Of a stretch of 63,852 nt of DNA, positions 19,730 to 28,158 are shown piece by piece. The notes beneath the pieces were generated by a model that was given only the letters and a program-made list of their open reading frames with translations, was not told the DNA's origin and did not search any database. Source of the DNA: Dehalococcoidia bacterium. Its GTDB lineage: Bacteria > Chloroflexota > Dehalococcoidia > DSTF01 > CAZFGZ01. Made by a program: the position numbers and the translations under genes. The stretch lies in NCBI GenBank assembly GCA_049678585.1, contig JBAUEL010000064.1, positions 1 through 63,852 on the forward strand. The letters run 5' to 3'. Within the stretch, counting starts at the first letter, position 1, and each line of letters opens with the position of its first letter.

Positions 19730-20470
19730 ATGATGATGGAACCGCCGCCCAGCGTGCTTTTCATACACCCGAACCCCGGCGCTCGCGACATCCGCGTGGC
19801 AGCCGTGCGCCAGCTAGGCTTCCTGGCTGGTGCAGTAGCTCGCGCTGGCGAGGTAGGGGCGCTCAACAACCGTGGCATGAATCCGGACGTCATAGTGTTC
19901 GACGACGCGGCCGACGATATGTCGCCGACGCAGTTCGCGGAGGAGTTGCAGCGACGGCTCGGTGACGCTGCGCCCCCCGTCGTGTACCTCTTGACGCCGC
20001 AGCGTGGACAGTGTTCGATTCCCTCGCCCCCGCTCAGGCCGGGGCTCGATGTGGTGTTGCAGCGGCCGGTGCGGGCACGGGATGCTCTTCGTGCTCTCAT
20101 GTGCTGCGTGCAGCGCAGCGCCGGAGCGGGCACCGTCCTCCACGCGGGGGAGTTGGACTTCGATGTCGTGCGGCGCGTGCTGTCCTTCCAGGGGCGCAGC
20201 GTGGAGCTGACCCGGTTCGAGTCGTTGCTGCTGGAGTACCTGATGCGGCGGGCCGGGCGGCCGGTGCCCATCGAGGAGCTGCTGGAGCGGGTGTGGGGCT
20301 TCGAGCCCGGCACCGGCGCGCCAGAGGTGGTGCGGGCTCACGTGCGAAACCTCCGGAACAAGCTCCAGGCCATCGGCGCCAGCCGGGAGATGATCGTCAA
20401 CCTCCCCGGCCGCGGCTACATGCTGGACGCGCCGACCGACGTTCCTGCATTCTTATCCACCACCCCCTAG
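19730..20470 (+). CDS. OmpR/PhoB-type winged-helix response regulator with degenerate receiver
   Basis: The C-terminus LTRFESLLLEYLMRRAGRPVPIEELLERVWG...VRAHVRNLRNKL...GRGYML is a trans_reg_C domain. The N-terminal acidic pair is replaced (FIHPNPG) and the conserved Lys position reads LQRP. Confidence 0.8.
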   Translation: MMMEPPPSVLFIHPNPGARDIRVAAVRQLGFLAGAVARAGEVGALNNRGMNPDVIVFDDAADDMSPTQFAEELQRRLGDAAPPVVYLLTPQRGQCSIPSPPLRPGLDVVLQRPVRARDALRALMCCVQRSAGAGTVLHAGELDFDVVRRVLSFQGRSVELTRFESLLLEYLMRRAGRPVPIEELLERVWGFEPGTGAPEVVRAHVRNLRNKLQAIGASREMIVNLPGRGYMLDAPTDVPAFLSTTP

Positions 20471-20487
20471 CCTCTCGTGACTAGCAG

Positions 20488-20608
20488 TGTGCTGAAAAAG
20501 TGGCCGCTCGCCCTTCGACGGGCTCAGGACGAGCGGTCCTCAGATTCCGCTCGTGGTGAGCCTGTCGAACCACGAAGCGCCCGCTTGGGTTTATCAGCAG
20601 CCTACTAG
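20488..20608. repeat. MITE-like palindromic repeat, copy 2
   Basis: Ends are tgtgctgaaaaag ... ggtttatcagcagcctactag. Two internal hairpins are present (ccgctcg...cgagcgg and cgtggt...accacg). It shares its terminal motifs with copy 1. Confidence 0.5.
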
Positions 20609-20722
20609 GGCCAACGGGCCTTCGAGCTGGTCCGGGGCTGTGTCAGCGGGCACAGCTTGTAGCGCCCAGCTTACCCCTTGACGCTTCTCCTCCACCTGCG
20701 TACCTTCACTAAGGTACGACTC

Positions 20723-22249
20723 ATGCTCGCCAAGGTCTTCTCCTGCGCGGTGCTCGGGCTCGACGGGGAACTGGTCGAGGTGGAGGTAGACATCGCCTCC
20801 GGCCTGCCGGCCTTCGCCATCGTAGGGCTTCCCGACGCGGCCTGCCAGGAGGCCAAGGAGCGGGTACGCTCGGCGGTGCGCAACTCCGGCTTCCAGTTCC
20901 TCCAGCGACGCATCACCGTCAACCTGGCGCCTGCGAACATCCGCAAGGAAGGCCCGGCCTATGACCTGCCCATTGCCATCGGCATCCTGCTCGCCTCCGA
21001 GCAGATCGCCGCTGAGATTTCCGGCGCCCTCTTCCTGGGTGAGCTCTCCCTCGACGGACAGGTGCGCCACGCCCGCGGCATCCTGCCTATGGTAGCCCTG
21101 GCCGGGGAGCGAGGGCTGGACACGGTGTACCTGCCGGAGGCCGACGCCCGCGAGGCCAGCCTCATCGAGGGGGTGCGCATCGTGCCCGTGAACAGCCTGG
21201 TCCAGCTCGCCGCCCACCTCTCCGGCGCACAGACCATCCCCGAGTTCCAGCGGCCCTCCCAGCCGCCGCTGGCTGAGCACGTCTGGGACGGCACGGACTT
21301 CGGCGAAGTCAAGGGGCAGGAGCACGTCAAGCGGGCCCTGGAGGTGGCGGCCGCTGGTGGGCATAACGTATTGATGACGGGCCCTCCCGGCGCCGGCAAG
21401 ACGCTTCTGGCGCGGGCCCTGCCCTCGGTGCTCCCCAGCATGGCCCCCCACGAGGCCCTGGAGGTGACCAAGATCTATAGCGTGTGCGGGCTGCTGCCAG
21501 CGGACACCCCTCTCATCGGCCAGCGGCCCTTCCGGGCGCCCCATCACACCATCTCGCACGCCGGGCTGGTGGGCGGGGGGCGGCAGCCCCGGCCCGGCGA
21601 GATCAGCCTGAGCCACCGAGGCGTGCTCTTCCTGGACGAGCTGCCCGAGTTCGGGCACCAGGTGCTGGAGGTGCTGCGCCAGCCCATGGAGGACCGACGG
21701 GTCACCATCTCCCGCGCCCAGGGCAGCGTCACCTACCCCGCGAACTTCATGCTGGTCGCCGCCATGAACCCCTGTCCCTGCGGGTTCTACGCTGACCTCA
21801 CCCGGGAGTGCACCTGCTCCGAGGCCAGGGTGAGCCGCTATCAGAAGCGCATCTCCGGCCCCCTGCTGGACCGGATGGACATCTTCGTGGAGGTGCCGCG
21901 GGTAGACTATGAGAAGCTGGCCGACGAAGCCCCCGGGGAGCCCTCGGCAGTGGTGCGCCAGCGGGTGGAGCTGGCCCGGCAGCAGCAGGCCGCCCGCTTC
22001 ACGGGCACCCGCTTCATCTGCAACGCCGAGATGACCCCCGCAGAGGTGCGCGAGTACTGCCAGGGCCACCTGGATGAGCAGGCCAGATCGCTGCTCCGGC
22101 TGGCCATGACCCAGTTGGGCCTTTCCGCCCGTGCCTTCCACCGGGTCCTCAAGCTGGCCCGCACCATCGCCGACATGGCGGGCTCCGAGCAGATCGCCTC
22201 CCCGCATCTGGCTGAGGCCGTGCAGTATCGACAGCGGACGCGGGGGTAG
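20723..22249 (+). CDS. comM: YifB/ComM family Mg-chelatase-like AAA+ ATPase
   Basis: MLAKVFSCAVLGLDGELVEVEVD (Lon-like N-domain) and Walker A GPPGAGKTLLA. Length about 508 aa. The ATG at 20723 is preferred over the listed 20678. Confidence 0.9.
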   Translation: MLAKVFSCAVLGLDGELVEVEVDIASGLPAFAIVGLPDAACQEAKERVRSAVRNSGFQFLQRRITVNLAPANIRKEGPAYDLPIAIGILLASEQIAAEISGALFLGELSLDGQVRHARGILPMVALAGERGLDTVYLPEADAREASLIEGVRIVPVNSLVQLAAHLSGAQTIPEFQRPSQPPLAEHVWDGTDFGEVKGQEHVKRALEVAAAGGHNVLMTGPPGAGKTLLARALPSVLPSMAPHEALEVTKIYSVCGLLPADTPLIGQRPFRAPHHTISHAGLVGGGRQPRPGEISLSHRGVLFLDELPEFGHQVLEVLRQPMEDRRVTISRAQGSVTYPANFMLVAAMNPCPCGFYADLTRECTCSEARVSRYQKRISGPLLDRMDIFVEVPRVDYEKLADEAPGEPSAVVRQRVELARQQQAARFTGTRFICNAEMTPAEVREYCQGHLDEQARSLLRLAMTQLGLSARAFHRVLKLARTIADMAGSEQIASPHLAEAVQYRQRTRG

Positions 22250-22338
22250 CGGGAGTGACCACAGCGGCGTCTACGACAGCCTGGGCGCAAGCCGGGGTAT
22301 AGCCTGGCCGTCTGGCGAGAGTCCTGAAAGCAGCCCCG

Positions 22339-22347
22339 TGCTATAAT
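22339..22347 (+). promoter_or_regulatory. extended -10 box (TGcTATAAT)
   Basis: tgctataat lies about 105 nt upstream of the CBS-protein start. The same TGcTATAAT box occurs upstream of pyrR. Confidence 0.45.
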
Positions 22348-22452
22348 GCTGCGGCGGGTCGCTCGGCCCGCCCAGGGGCCCAGCCACTCGGTGGGCCCTT
22401 CGCGTATCGGCCCATGGGAGAACCGGCAGCCCGCCGGGGATAGGAATGGCCT

Positions 22453-22992
22453 ATGAGCGAACGAAAGCCTACATCGGGAGAGCCGGGCCCGCCTGAGGCC
22501 GATATCATCACCAAGATGATGCGGATCTCGGAGGCACGCGACCTGGCGGGCGATGTCCCGTGCGTAGCGCCCCTGGACATGGACCTGAAGGAGGTGGCTC
22601 GCCGGATGTGGCGACGCCGCGGGGTAAGGACGGCCGCGGTGGTGGATGCTGAGGGTCGCCTCGCGGGGATCATTCCCCTCCGCCTGCTGCTCGATGAGCT
22701 GTTCTTCCGGGTGGTGCCCGAGGAGTTCCTATCGGAGATCCTGGAGCGGGAGCGTATAGAGGAGCTGGGCAGGATGGTGCGGGCGGTGGTAGCCCGGGAG
22801 CTCATGCAGCCGCCGGTGTATGTAACCCTCGATGAAACCGTGAGGGACGCTTTCTGCCGCATGCACGATCACAAGCTGGAAGGGCTGCCCATCGTGGACC
22901 AGGAGATGCGGCCGGTGGGCTATCTGGACCGCTTTCAGCTCCTGGAGGTATGGATCCGCCAGCATCCCTCCGAGGCTAGCGGCTCCCTCTAG
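22453..22992 (+). CDS. CBS domain pair protein
   Basis: 179 aa with two CBS-like units (VAPLDMDLKEVARRM...RTAAVVDAEGRLAGII and VTLDETVRDAFCRMHDHKLEGLPIVDQEMRPVGYL). Confidence 0.75.
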   Translation: MSERKPTSGEPGPPEADIITKMMRISEARDLAGDVPCVAPLDMDLKEVARRMWRRRGVRTAAVVDAEGRLAGIIPLRLLLDELFFRVVPEEFLSEILERERIEELGRMVRAVVARELMQPPVYVTLDETVRDAFCRMHDHKLEGLPIVDQEMRPVGYLDRFQLLEVWIRQHPSEASGSL

Positions 22993-23058
22993 GTGGCCTC
23001 CGCCTCCGCGCGGGGAAGGGTGAAAAAGGTCGCGACGCGGCCATGGGGAGGGTGGTGA

Positions 23059-24339
23059 TTGCCTGACACGGGCGTGGCGGTAGGCATCTTCGCCGTCACC
23101 TACGCCATCATTGTCTCCGAGCGCTTGCACAAGACGACGGCGGCGCTGGCTGGCGCCGTTCTCATGATCGCCTTCCGCGTCGTTGACCAGGAGGAAGCAT
23201 TCCGCGCCATCGACTTCAACGTGATCTTCCTCCTGGCGGGGATGATGATGATGGTCAATGTGCTGGGCAAGACAGGGGTCTTCCAGTGGATGGCCATCCG
23301 TTCGGTCAAGCTGGCGCAGGGGCGTCCACTGCGCATCCTTATCATCCTCTCGCTGGTGACGGCGATAGCCTCGGCGTTTCTGGACAACGTGACCACGGTG
23401 GTCCTCATCGCACCGGTCACCGTGTTCCTCGCGGGGTCCCTGGGGGTGAGTGCAGTGCCCTTCCTCATCTCGGAGGCGCTGGCCTCCAACATCGGAGGGA
23501 CCGCTACCCTCATCGGCGACCCGCCCAACATACTGATCGGCAGCGCCGCCGACCTGGACTTCGTCTCCTTCCTGGTCAATGTGGCGCCCATCACCCTGGT
23601 CATACTGGGGGTCTATCTGTTCCTGGCTTCCCGAATGTTCTCACGTCAGATGGAGACATCTCCTGAGCTACAGGCGCGTGTTCTAGCCATGGACGAGCGC
23701 GAGGTTATCACGGACCCCGGCTTGCTGCGCACATCGCTGGTCATCCTAGGTTTGACGATCGTCGGCTTCTTCCTGCATGGGGCCCTGGACTATGAACCGG
23801 CCACGGTGGCCCTTCTGGGTGCAGCGGCTCTGCTGGTGGTCACCCGGCAGGATCCTCACGACATACTGCGGGACGTGGAATGGAGCACCCTTTTCTTCTT
23901 CATCGGACTGTTCATAGTGGTGGCCGGCGTGGACAAGGTGGGGCTGCTGGAGGACATCGGCGAGGGCTTAGCCGACCTGACGGCAGGCAACCGATTAGCG
24001 ACGACCTTCCTCGTTCTGTGGCAGTCTGCTGTGCTATCGAGCATCTTAAACCAGATCCCGTACACAGCAAGCATGATTCCGGTCGTGCGGGAGTTAACCG
24101 CGAGCTTGGGCGGCGGTTCTGGATCGGACAACGTCCTCTGGTGGGCCCTGGTCATGGGAGCGGGCTTGGGTGCCAATCTCACCGTAATCGCCGCGGCTGC
24201 CAACGTCTTTGTCGCCAACCTGGGGGAACAGGCGGGCCAGCGCATCCCCTTCTGGCTTTTCTTCCGCCACGGCGCCCTGGTGACGGTGGTCTCAGTGACC
24301 CTGGCGACCCTCTACCTGTGGCTGCGCTATCTCCTATAG
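23059..24339 (+). CDS. ArsB/NhaD (SLC13-like) family anion permease (TTG start)
   Basis: About 426 aa polytopic membrane protein. AVTYAIIVSERLHKTTAAL...FLLAGMMMMVNVL...LDNVTTVVLIAPV is typical of the ArsB/NhaD superfamily. Confidence 0.75.
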   Translation: MPDTGVAVGIFAVTYAIIVSERLHKTTAALAGAVLMIAFRVVDQEEAFRAIDFNVIFLLAGMMMMVNVLGKTGVFQWMAIRSVKLAQGRPLRILIILSLVTAIASAFLDNVTTVVLIAPVTVFLAGSLGVSAVPFLISEALASNIGGTATLIGDPPNILIGSAADLDFVSFLVNVAPITLVILGVYLFLASRMFSRQMETSPELQARVLAMDEREVITDPGLLRTSLVILGLTIVGFFLHGALDYEPATVALLGAAALLVVTRQDPHDILRDVEWSTLFFFIGLFIVVAGVDKVGLLEDIGEGLADLTAGNRLATTFLVLWQSAVLSSILNQIPYTASMIPVVRELTASLGGGSGSDNVLWWALVMGAGLGANLTVIAAAANVFVANLGEQAGQRIPFWLFFRHGALVTVVSVTLATLYLWLRYLL

Positions 24340-24380
24340 GCCTTGCGCTCCTTCCCAGCCAGGGCTAAGATGACAGATGA

Positions 24381-24456
24381 GCCCCCGTAGCTCAGTTGGA
24401 TAGAGCACCGGCCTCCGGAGCCGGGTGCGTGGGTTCGAGTCCCGCCGGGGGTACCA
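24381..24456 (+). tRNA. tRNA-Arg(CCG): tRNA-Arg (anticodon CCG), CCA encoded
   Basis: Cloverleaf read by hand: acceptor gcccccg/cgggggt, D arm gctc-agttggata-gagc, anticodon arm ccggc-cuCCGga-gccgg, T arm gtggg-ttcgagt-cccgc, then discriminator A and CCA. Confidence 0.9.
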
Positions 24457-24459
24457 AAC
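24447..24459 (+). repeat. 13-bp direct repeat, left copy (tRNA-Arg 3' end)
   Basis: gggggtaccaaac is repeated exactly at 27033-27045. Confidence 0.7.
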
Positions 24460-24538
24460 CCTTCGTTTCATAACTCCTCCTAGGGGCGTCGAGAGGTAAC
24501 CTCGGGCGGGGAGTTCTTCTCTAGTTTGCTCTCCTGAC

Positions 24539-24943
24539 TCAGACAAGTTCCGACGCTTCCTCGGGCCTTATCATCACAGTCCCTGGCTTGGAGGGGCCTA
24601 CGGGCTTGGGGTTCGCGACCAAGAACTTGTCATCGGGTGGATTCCACCAGGTCTTGGGCGGGCTTGAGTCGTCTAGGCCAAGGCGCCACCAAACGTTCAG
24701 CATCTCGCGAAGCGGAAGAGCATTCTCCTTCATAACGTCTGGAAGATCGTGACAGCAGAAGGTGACGGTGGGCCAACCTCTGGATCTGAGCCGACGTTCA
24801 AAGGAGGTCAAGAGCTTGTACTTGGCATCAGGTTCAACTACAAGGATCATTTTGGACTCTCGCCCCTCATAATCGCCAAGCGCAGTCAGTAAGGGGCCCC
24901 AGTCGTCGAAGCTGTACGGGAAGCATGCAGAAAAGACGAGCAA
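24539..24943 (-). CDS. hypothetical protein (TTG start; possibly a truncated remnant)
   Basis: 134-aa ORF in the lower-G+C patch with no recognised motif. Its frame stays open upstream of the TTG without a canonical start codon. Confidence 0.35.
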   Translation of the reverse strand: MLVFSACFPYSFDDWGPLLTALGDYEGRESKMILVVEPDAKYKLLTSFERRLRSRGWPTVTFCCHDLPDVMKENALPLREMLNVWWRLGLDDSSPPKTWWNPPDDKFLVANPKPVGPSKPGTVMIRPEEASELV

Positions 24944-25436
24944 GTCGAAGGGTTCAAGATATATGCTGCTCTTTGTTAGATCAGCATCGAGCCTTAACCG
25001 GTCTCACCGAGAACGTACACGAACACCGGTTTTGGCCTGCACACTGTGATTCCCCAAGCGCCTTTAGAGCCCTTTGGATCCCTGGCCGCCATGCCTCTTC
25101 CGGCTGAGGGAGAGGGCAACACCTGATGGTCTTGGGCACAGAGTACCGAATTCTGCCAGAACTCCGAGGAGTGGCTGTCACCCTGCCCCAGGCTCTGCTT
25201 ACTACTGCGAACCCTATTCGTGAACTGTCTGCGGCGTGGCCCGCTCCAAACACCGCTCAAGCTCTCGTGGCATAGCCTCCGCGCCCTTCGCCTACGCCAC
25301 ATTCAGCTTCAGCGCAGACGCCCGCACACGTCGCGTTGCTTCACAAAGATTGGCTTGCATTCTGCGAGCGTACAGGTTAGACTAGGCCAGGTTGTTAGAC
25401 CATATGTTCTGAGACCATCGGGGAGGTAGGCGTCCG

Positions 25437-26612
25437 ATGCCCAACGTCGAGGAGCTACATCTGCTGGGACAGCGGGCACTCACAATATCGTTGCCGCGCG
25501 ACTACGAGCCTGTCCGTCCGGCCTACTTTGAGGTCGCCCGTATCTACCTGGCTAGAGGCAGCATCGCCACCCCCGAACGAAAGCGATTCGTCGAACGCAT
25601 CTGCGATCTCTACCCAGAAGCGCGCGTGGAAGAACGCCTCGACACGCCCCATAACCGCTTGAGATTGGGTGGGCGAGATCCTCTCGGTCTTCATCAGGCC
25701 GGGAAGCACACCCTTGTATTCGGGGAGCTTGAGTCGGCGGTACGTTTCGCCCAGGAGAAGGGAAACGCCTGCCCGAACTACTGGCACTTCTCTCCCTACG
25801 GCTTCTGCCCCTACGGTTGTAGGTACTGCTACCTGGCCGGAACCCCGGGCGTCAAGTTCTCGCCCTCAGTCAAGATATACGTCAACCTGCCCGAGATGCT
25901 GCTCGAAATCGATCGCATTGCGCAAAGGCAACTGAGACCCACCGCGTTCTACCTCGGGAAGCTCCAGGATTCCCTCGCCCTAGACCCTCTCACCGCTTAC
26001 TCCACGGTCCTGGTGCCCTTCTTTGCCGAGCACCCCTGGGCACGCCTTACGCTGCTCACGAAGAGCGCTCAGGTCGACCGCCTCCTGGATCTGGAGCACC
26101 GGGGACACTCCATCCTCTCATGGAGCGTGAATCCAACCGAGGTATCGGCAATGTTCGAGGAGAACGTGCCCAGTATCGATGAGCGCCTCCAAGCGATGCA
26201 CCATGTTGTCGAACGGGGCTATCCCGTCCGCGCCATCATTATGCCGATCATCCCAATCGACGGATGGGCAGCCTCCTATGTAGCGTTCACGAAACGCCTG
26301 CTCGAAGCTGTGCCCATCCGGCGTCTGACCCTCGGCGGCATCTGCATTTACCGGAGCGCTCGGGAGCTGATGGAGAGGAAGGTGGGGACGCGGAACGGTA
26401 TCTCCGAGAACATTGACAGGGCCTCTTCGATCGCAGGAGACGGGAGGGCGCGCTACTCCCGTAGCCTTCGCCATGAGGTCTACTCGTTGATCATCGAATC
26501 TGCACGGCGCCTTCGCCCGGACCTGGAGATTGCCCTTTGTCTTGAGGAGCAAACTCTCTGGGAGAGCACCGGTCTGGTGGCGAACATCGGGCGGTGCAAC
26601 TGCAGGTTGTAA
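25437..26612 (+). CDS. radical SAM protein, spore photoproduct lyase (SplB/COG1533) family
   Basis: CX3CX2C cluster CPYGCRYC preceded by CPNYWHFSPYGF. Also YVNLPEML, GKLQDSLALDPLT, LLTKS and SWSVNP blocks, as in SPL-family enzymes. Confidence 0.7.
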   Translation: MPNVEELHLLGQRALTISLPRDYEPVRPAYFEVARIYLARGSIATPERKRFVERICDLYPEARVEERLDTPHNRLRLGGRDPLGLHQAGKHTLVFGELESAVRFAQEKGNACPNYWHFSPYGFCPYGCRYCYLAGTPGVKFSPSVKIYVNLPEMLLEIDRIAQRQLRPTAFYLGKLQDSLALDPLTAYSTVLVPFFAEHPWARLTLLTKSAQVDRLLDLEHRGHSILSWSVNPTEVSAMFEENVPSIDERLQAMHHVVERGYPVRAIIMPIIPIDGWAASYVAFTKRLLEAVPIRRLTLGGICIYRSARELMERKVGTRNGISENIDRASSIAGDGRARYSRSLRHEVYSLIIESARRLRPDLEIALCLEEQTLWESTGLVANIGRCNCRL

Positions 26613-27032
26613 AGAGGGACCGCAAGGCTGCGAAAGGGGCCTGAACTCGCCCGTTCCTATCGAGGCGGATGCACCTCCTTCAGGGAGGCGGCTTCTTGCC
26701 GATAGGCACAGGCAGGTCGGATCGACCGGCCGTGAAACACAAGATCGAACCATCTAGTCTGGCGACGCTGCGTCGCGCTATGCCGGAAGTGAATGACGGG
26801 ACGCCGATCGAGGCCCTGCTGGAGGGGGCTGGGGCATTGCTCGGCCTACTAGCAGCCAATCCCCACAGTCTCGGAATCGAAAGCGAGGAAGCTCGCCCGG
26901 CGGACTCCCCGGCAAGAGGGCAGATTCGCAACGCCCGCTCGGGGGCGCAAACAGGCCAGGCATCAAATTCGCTTCTGGTCAGTGGGGCGCGCCTTCTGGG
27001 CCCCGAGTCACGAGTTATAAATGACGACTATT

Positions 27033-27045
27033 GGGGGTACCAAAC
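27033..27045 (+). repeat. 13-bp direct repeat, right copy (att-like)
   Basis: gggggtaccaaac is identical to 24447-24459. It coincides with the return to high G+C. Confidence 0.7.
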
Positions 27046-27050
27046 AACTT

Positions 27051-27082
27051 CACCGGAGCGAACCCAAGGGCTCGCTCCGGTG
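27051..27082. other. perfect 11-bp stem hairpin next to the right repeat
   Basis: caccggagcga-acccaagggc-tcgctccggtg. Confidence 0.5.
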
Positions 27083-27223
27083 CTACACTCATACCATCCC
27101 ATCCAGCCAGCCAGGGCTCATCGGCAGCACACGACGGTGAGAGGTCCATGCTGGCGATCTTTGCGGCACCTTCCGGTTCTCTGTTAGAGTTAAGAGAGGC
27201 CAAAGGTTTGGGTGAAGTGAGTC

Positions 27224-28015
27224 GTGCCTGAAAGCAAACGCCGACGGAAGCGTCGAGGAAGCCGTGCCCTGGGCGATGCCTATGCGGGCCGGGTCAGGCC
27301 CACAGGGCCGTTCGCTATCTTCGCCAACGTGCGCATGTTCTACGTGGTGGGCGTTCTCATCATGATGGGAGGCCTAGCCGCGGGTGGGGTGACCGCGGCT
27401 CTGGGGCTGCGGAGCCGCGGGGACGGCCAGAATGACGAGGCCCTCCTCCTTACACCCCAGCCCACCGCTGAGGCCACTGCCGCCCCGGAGAGCACCGCTA
27501 CCGTCAAGCACTACGATGCGCCCCCTCCCATGACCATCGACCCCGAAAAGTCCCATACCGCCGTCATCAAGACGGAGAAGGGGGACATCCGCATCGAACT
27601 CTTCGCTCGGGACGCCCCCCAGACCGTGAACAACTTCGTCTTCCTGGCCCGCGATGGCTTCTACGACGGGCTGACCTTCCACCGGGTGGATCCCGGCTTC
27701 GTGGCCCAGGCCGGCGACCCTACCGGCATCGGTACGGGCGGGCCCGGCTACACCATCCCCGACAAGCTGAATGAGCACGCATTCACGGCAGGCACGCTGG
27801 GGATGGCTCTTGATGGAGACCAACCCAATTCGGCAGGCAGTCAGTTCTTCATCACACTGAGCGACCAGCCCACCTTCAACGGGAGCTACACCGCCTTCGG
27901 CCGGGTGACCGAGGGCATGGACGTGCTGCAATCACTGACCCCGCGGGACCCGAGCATGGGCAGGGATGTACCGCCCGGGGATCGGATCATCAGCATCGAC
28001 ATCGAGGAGCTCTGA
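27224..28015 (+). CDS. cyclophilin-type peptidyl-prolyl cis-trans isomerase with N-terminal membrane anchor (GTG start)
   Basis: FHRVDPGFVAQAGDPTGIGTGGPGY and SQFFITL motifs. Basic N-terminus followed by a TM helix FYVVGVLIMMGGLAAGGVTAAL. Confidence 0.9.
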   Translation: MPESKRRRKRRGSRALGDAYAGRVRPTGPFAIFANVRMFYVVGVLIMMGGLAAGGVTAALGLRSRGDGQNDEALLLTPQPTAEATAAPESTATVKHYDAPPPMTIDPEKSHTAVIKTEKGDIRIELFARDAPQTVNNFVFLARDGFYDGLTFHRVDPGFVAQAGDPTGIGTGGPGYTIPDKLNEHAFTAGTLGMALDGDQPNSAGSQFFITLSDQPTFNGSYTAFGRVTEGMDVLQSLTPRDPSMGRDVPPGDRIISIDIEEL

Positions 28016-28035
28016 GGAGGGATAGTGCAATACCG

Positions 28036-28064
28036 AGAGGGCCAGCCTCTGCGGCTGGCCCTCT
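28036..28064. terminator. perfect 12-bp stem hairpin between convergent genes
   Basis: agagggccagcc-tctgc-ggctggccctct, between the PPIase stop (28015) and the minus-strand ORF stop (28159). The U-tract is weak. Confidence 0.45.
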
Positions 28065-28158
28065 TGGCGTTGCTGAGAGGACAGTCGGTCAAGAACTCCT
28101 GCCGCCGGAGGCGGCATGCGCCATGGCCGAGCCGGGGACAGGCTTTTCCCGCATCCTG

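Noticed and set aside
24981-25302. Two overlapping minus-strand ORFs (90 and 102 aa) in the divergent spacer of the tRNA-Arg islet.
   Set aside because: They overlap each other in different frames and have no motifs. At most they are fragments of a decayed gene (see the methyltransferase-remnant finding).
26669-27187. A 172-aa plus-strand ORF in the non-coding tail of the tRNA-Arg islet.
   Set aside because: It has no motif and no convincing start context. It runs across the 13-bp att-like repeat and the compositional boundary, so it is more likely non-coding or decayed DNA.
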